Positions 37,141-43,012 of a stretch of 43,012 nt of DNA are shown piece after piece; positions within the stretch are counted from its first letter, which is position 1; each line of letters begins with the position of its first letter. The DNA comes from Conidiobolus incongruus B7586 (Eukaryota): NCBI GenBank assembly GCA_000697335.1, contig JNEM01010539.1, positions 1-43,012 of the forward strand, given 5' to 3'. Position numbers and translations under genes: made by a program. Below the pieces are notes generated by a model, which searched no databases, was not told where the DNA came from, and was given only the letters and a program-made list of their open reading frames with translations.

Positions 37141-38428
37141 GGACGAATTGGTAGTTTACGGTTTTCATGTTCCTCCCGCGCTAAAGCAATCTGATATAAT
37201 TAATACTCAATCTCCTAGTAATACTCATTACCAGTTGCCTCCTTTGGATCATTCTCTTTTTGCATTTTTTTAAACTAAAATTAATATCCAATAATTATAA
37301 TATTTAAATATATGGGAAATAATAATAGTAATAAAAGATAAAAATTTAATTTTATTGCTTATTTATATAATTATTATATAAAAATTATTAATAAATAATT
37401 TATATATTATAATTTAGATATTTTTAATATATATATATATATATATTTCACTTATAATAATAGAGAACTATTTATTTAATTGTCTTTAAATTTAACGATC
37501 TTATTAATATTGGAAAACATAGATTTTCATAGAATCTTAAATTAATATATGTTGTTCAAATGTATTCATTTCATTATAAAATATATTAAAATCAAATTTT
37601 CAAGTATAATATAAATATATATATTTAATTATAAATGAATAATGATTTTAAATAGGACTTAAATATTTTATATTTAGTATATTAAAATATCAAATATTAG
37701 ATTTTTTAAATTGAAAAATATATTTAATTATATTATTAAAAAATATAAATAGTATAAATTTTTTTATCAAAATTACATTTATTAATTCAAATATAATTTA
37801 ATTTATTCTATTTATAATATATAGTTAATAATAATAATTATATTCTGATACTACCAATTACTGGCAAATGTTGATGATAAGGAAATGAGCAGCTTGCTCG
37901 CGGTTTGTTTGGTAGTATGTGTTAAGATGATTGATTTGGATTTAATGAGCTCGAATAAGACAGGGGTAATGTTGAAAATATATCCCGACAATGGTTCTTT
38001 TATAGATCATTTTTCGGCTGTAACAGTGTAAAGAAGTGTACTAGATCTTCAGAAAAATGAAACCTTGAAATAGTGTGACTGGTATTCCGGGATTATATCT
38101 CCATAAGGCAATAGGTTGCGAGATAAAGTTGATCAAACGGGTTGTTATCTAAGTAACCACAAAATAATATTCAATATTTTGGATTCAAAACCTTGGGCAC
38201 TTTGTAGTATATATTTGTTTCAAATTGAATTTTTTGAAAATTATCTTGAAGTAATAAGTATATATAATGATATTACTATATTCACATTATTTTGAAAGAT
38301 TAAGAAGTTTAACAATTAAATAAAAAATACATAAATATGATATTATGATATATTTATAAACATAATTGCCTTATATTTCACTCTGATTTCTTAAGAAATA
38401 TAAATTATTTTTCAGTATCATATTATTA

Positions 38429-38969
38429 CTATAATTTAAATAATGTTGATTGAAAAAAATAAACATTTTAATATATAAAATTTAAAAAATAGATATATAA
38501 TATATAATCAATAGTTTTTTACAGAAATATTCTTTCTTATAAGCTAGTTTTTTAATTACTGAAATAATTATAATCACATAAGTTATAATTTAAGAAATAT
38601 ATTAGATATGGTAGTTATGTATTTTACAATATATAAAATAATAGGTTTCTAAATTATATTATAAATACTAATTAAAAATAGTTTTATTTAAAAAGCAATA
38701 TAAAGTTTATTATTAATTGATTTTTATTAAAAACTAAATTAAAATAATATATGTTATTTAATTTATTATAGCAATTTAATAAATTTAGTTTATTAATAGC
38801 TATTTTAATTATTTTTAAGATTTAATCAAATTAAAGATACTTATTTATACTTTTATTAATTAATTTTAATTTAAATTTTAATATATATAAAATACTTATG
38901 TGACTAATATTAAAATATCATGATAGTTTTTTAATTAATATAAAATGATATTTTTTAATATATTTTTTC
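38429..38969 (-). mobile_element. Mariner copy, left portion (interrupted by Gypsy element)
   Basis: Reverse complement of 5790-6678 with internal deletions; minus frame LPYLIYFLNYNLCDYNYFSN*KTSL*ERIF corresponds to mutated LPHPxYSPDxNPCDY. Confidence 0.85.
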
Positions 38970-39216
38970 TCAATTTTTACTATTCTTTACCTTTTCATTA
39001 TTTTTAAAATTGAGATTATATCCAATTAATATTATAGATATTAACACTACCTAATATAAATTTTAATATATTGGTGACTCATCTTAATTTAAAGCTTAAT
39101 TAAACTTTGTTTATATTTGCATACTATAACTATATTATAATATTATATTTTATGTCACACTATTTTTATATTAAGTTTTCTTTTATACTATACCAGTATT
39201 TACCACTATACTTATA
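38970..39216 (+). repeat. 5' LTR (5'-truncated, with a ~65-bp extra segment)
   Basis: Direct repeat of 42590-42782, followed by the PBS-like sequence. Confidence 0.85.
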
Positions 39217-42200
39217 TAGTAGCAATAATAAAACTACTAAAAACCCATTAGAAATTAATATTTACCTATATCAAATTTATTTATTACTATTTTAAATCTT
39301 ATTCATAACCTATTTTCCTTTAATATAATATTATATACTATAATACCACTAAAAAAGATACCCTTATATTATTTTAATAATGATAGTAGCTTAATTACTA
39401 AGTGAATCTAAAACTTTAGTCTTTAAAAACTTGCTGCCCTTTAAAAAATTTATATTAGATAACTTTTAATTAAGAAAAATATAGCTTAAAAATCTTAAAT
39501 CTAACAAACTAATTATTTTACTATAATTAATATATTAAATTACCTCTTTAGTGTTTTTAAAGATAAATTAACCACTTATAATAGTTTTAAAAACTTTTAC
39601 AAGCTTGAAAACTACTTTAAAAATATAAAGAATTTTCTTAATTTAATTCCTAATAAAGATTTAGAAAATATCTTTAAATTAGCTACTTCTTTTTTAGAAA
39701 AATTTATTTACACTTGGTGGTTAACTAATTATAAGCTTAATCCTAAAAAGTTTTTAGGGGGATAATATACTATAAGAATACAAACCTTTAAACAGTTGGA
39801 AAAAGCTTTTAAAAAAAGATATTACCTAAAAAATTAAGTTTGATTAATAAAAAAAAAGCTTTCTTAACTTAAATAAAAAACTTTTACAAGGTAATTAATT
39901 GAGAAATTTAATAAGATATTTAAACATATTAAATATTATTGAAAAAAATAAATTTACAAATTATTTTAATATTTTAACCTTTAAGTAAAACTCTAGTTAG
40001 TTAACAAAAAACATTTTGATAATATGTTTTTTTTAACTTTTGTAATACAATAATTGTGATTGATAATATTTTTTATTCTATAACTAAATTTTAACCTTTA
40101 GTAAAGAAGTTAAAGCTTACTTAAAAACAAATAAAAGTTGTTACTATTGCTAAAAGGTATAAGTTAATTATAAAGTTGATAAAATACTAAAGAGACCTAA
40201 CTAATTAAACCATTAGAAACTAAAAATATTCTAGTAACTAATTTATTTTATAATTCTTTATCTTTAATTATCATTTTATTATTTATTTTAACTAGATATT
40301 TTATAGATATACTATTAAAAACTATTTTTACCTACTTAAAAAACAGCTTAATAATTAAATATACTAATAATTTAATAGAACAAACATCTAATACTATATC
40401 TAGATACTTATCACTATTTCTTAACTACTTCTATAAACAAAAACTAATATAAAAAACTAATTAAAAACCTTAATAATTTATAAGAATCTTAGATATACAA
40501 TTATATTTAAAGCTTACTTATTATTTATCTCTTAAACAATATTAAACTTTAATAAAAGAAAAAATATATTAAACCTTTTTCCTCACTATAGAAATCTTTT
40601 ATCTTTTTTATATAAAAGGCTAATGGTGGTTAAAAATTATATATTAATAATTGTGTTTTAAACTCTAAAACTATCAATGATAAAATTTTATTATTAAACC
40701 TATATGATATTAAGGATAAACTACTTAAATTACTAAATTACTATTATAAACTTTAGATTATATAATGCTTTTATAACTTTCACTTAATTTATCAATTTTT
40801 TTTTCAACTTTATCTTTAATAACTTTATTATTACAAGAATATATCTAATATATAAATCAAGCTTTGCAAATTATTCAAGAATATAAATTACCTTTAAAGC
40901 TATTAAAATATATTTTTAATGCCTTTTTTGTTTTTTTCTATGGTTATATTGTTTCTTCCTATAAACAAAGATTAACTTATATATATACTTAAATTATTAA
41001 ATTACTTTAAAGATTTCATTGATTTTTTTGTTAAACTTATAACTCCTCTAACTAATCTCTTAAGAAAAAAACTTTCTTTTTAAATAAACCCTACTATATA
41101 CTTTTAACATAAATGTTTTAATTTTCTATTTTATTTTTAATCTTAAACTACCTATTATTATTTTTATTAACTCTAGTTTTTTGTAATTAGTAGATAATTA
41201 ACTTAATTTAAATTTAATTTATATTTTACCTTTTAACTATAGGATAAAATAATAAAAGCTTATAATATTCTAGTTAAGAAAAATAAAGCTAGTTGAACTA
41301 AAATACCTAGTTTATAAATAAAAACTTTTTGCTTTAATAAAAATAATCAAAAATCATTTATATTTTTTATCTTATAACTTTTTCCTAACACATATAGATT
41401 ATAAATTACTTATTTACTTAAATACTCAAAAGTATTTATTATGAAGATAAGCTAGATAAATTAAAACTATCTAAGCTTTTTATTAAGAAATCTTACATAT
41501 TTATTTTTTTATTCTATTTATAAAAACCTAGCAGATATTAACATAATAATTATTAATAAAAGAAATAATGAATTCATTACATTAGAAAACTAGTTAAAAT
41601 ATGTTAAAAGATTTAAAATCATTAATAACTTACTATATTATAATAATTGTCTATATATCCTTAATATTCTTAAGATCTAAAAAGCAATATTTAATAACTT
41701 ATTAATTGTAATTGATTTATTCTCTAAATATGCTTATTTTATTCCTTATTTCAAAACTTCTATAGTTAAAAATATTGCAAAACTGTTATTCTTTAATATT
41801 TTTACCCATTATAAAATTCTACAAATTATTATATCTGATAAAGATATGTAATTCAACTCCTAATTTTAAAAGTCATTATCTTTTTCTTTTAAGATTAATC
41901 TAGCTATGTTTATTACTAATCATCACTAAACTAATATACTTATTAAAAAAACTATTAAAACCTTAAAACAAATAATTAAAGCTTATATTAACACTAATCA
42001 GTTAAATTAAGATACCTATATCTATTAACTTTAATATTTATTCAATACCTTTATCAATAAATCAACAAGTTTTAGCTTTTATTTCATTAATTATAACAAA
42101 TATCTTAATTTAATAATTGCTCTAAAACTCTAAATCAACTTATCTTTAGATATTGTTGAATTCTAATCTAATATTAAATATATTAATTCCTTTATTAAAT

Positions 42201-42440
42201 TTAACTTGGAAGAGAATTAAAGGATTAGATTTAATTATTAATTAAGATAAAGAAAAACTATGTTGATTATATAATTAAATCAAAATCTATTAGGAATAAA
42301 CTTTATTTTTATATAAAATAGATAGGTTATCTTATTAACTATATAAGAACCTTTAGAAAATATTAAGAATACCTTAACCTATTATACCTATTTACAAAAA
42401 TCTAAAGAGTGTGTCTTTTCTAAAAAACTTACTAGGGGAG

Positions 42441-42782
42441 TATTAAAAGACTAGTTTATTAAATTCTTATATATACTTTTATATAATTCAATTAACTATA
42501 AATTATATAATTAATTTATACTTTTATAGCTAAATTAATTATATAAATAATATTGAATTATTTAATAAACTAGGTTTTTCTTTTTTTTCTCAATTCTTAC
42601 TATTCTTTATCTTTTCATTATTTCTAAAATTAAAACTATATCCTATTATTATTATAGTATATTAACACTACTTAATATAAATCATAATATATTAATGACT
42701 CATCCTAGTTTAAAGCTTAATTAAACTTTGTTTATATTAAGTTTTCCTCTATACTATATTGGTATTTATCACCATATTTATA
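42441..42782 (+). repeat. 3' LTR
   Basis: Begins right after the polypurine tract with TA (expected TG) and ends TA (expected CA); 42590-42782 matches the 5' LTR. Confidence 0.8.
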
Positions 42783-43000
42783 ATATTAATAATTAAAATA
42801 TTAATATTTAAATCTTTTTTTTTAGATTTTAATAGTCTTAATCTTAAAATAATTTACTTAGTGATATATTATTAAAAATTATTTGTAAATTTTAAATTAT
42901 TTTAAAGGATATATAACTTAATTTTACTAATACTAAATAAAAAACTTTTAATAATTATTATTTAATATAAGTATGATTAAATTAAATAATTGATTTTAAA
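42783..43000 (-). mobile_element. Mariner copy, right portion resuming after the Gypsy 3' LTR
   Basis: atattaataattaaaa...aaaaaacttttaataattattattt matches the reverse complement of 5530-5787, continuing where 38969 stops. Confidence 0.8.
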
Positions 43001-43012
43001 CTTTTTGCCATA

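Larger units (their letters stand above)
38970..42782 (+). mobile_element. Fossil Ty3/Gypsy LTR retrotransposon (internally deleted, hypermutated)
   Basis: Paired LTRs; PBS-like tagtagc (39217); Gag KLATSFLEKFIYTWW (~39675) and CYYC knuckle (~40139); RT KPFSSL*KSFIFFI*KANGG*KLYINNCVLN (~40572); LNYFKDFI..PLTNLLRKK (~41000); RNase H HIDYKLL (~41390); integrase IVIDLFSKYAYFIP...IISDKD (~41690-41845); PPT aggggag (42434-42440). RT-RH-INT order is Gypsy. Confidence 0.92.

Noticed and set aside
1..43012. CRISPR array, rRNA, intact tRNA, prokaryotic operon or alternative genetic code
   Set aside because: No repeat-spacer array or RNA gene seen; genes are spliceosomal and translate in the standard code; in-frame stops are confined to relics.

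Overview
Very AT-rich, intron-rich eukaryotic DNA, most likely from an early-diverging fungus (Conidiobolus/Entomophthoromycotina-like; inferred from composition, ~50-nt introns and LRR-gene relics, not proven). Conserved spliced genes: MTR4 (11 exons), an apparently C-terminally short COG3 (8 exons), RSM22/METTL17 (9 exons) and a classical SDR (4 exons). Intronless genes: three ZIP (GufA/ZupT-type) metal transporters plus one ZIP pseudogene, a small winged-helix-like ORF, a 950-aa disordered protein with six 39-aa repeats, and a chromodomain-like ORF with a probable +1 frameshift. Much of the apparently empty AT-rich DNA is fossil transposon: four pieces of one DD34D mariner family, a Ty3/Gypsy LTR element nested in one of them, and a piggyBac-like MITE. 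The mariner and Gypsy fossils are erased almost entirely by C->T/G->A transitions on both strands, a RIP-like signature and the main candidate system here. An inverted decayed copy of COG3 exon 1 and an oriented TCCCATAA motif upstream of five genes were also found. All alignments and counts were done by eye.
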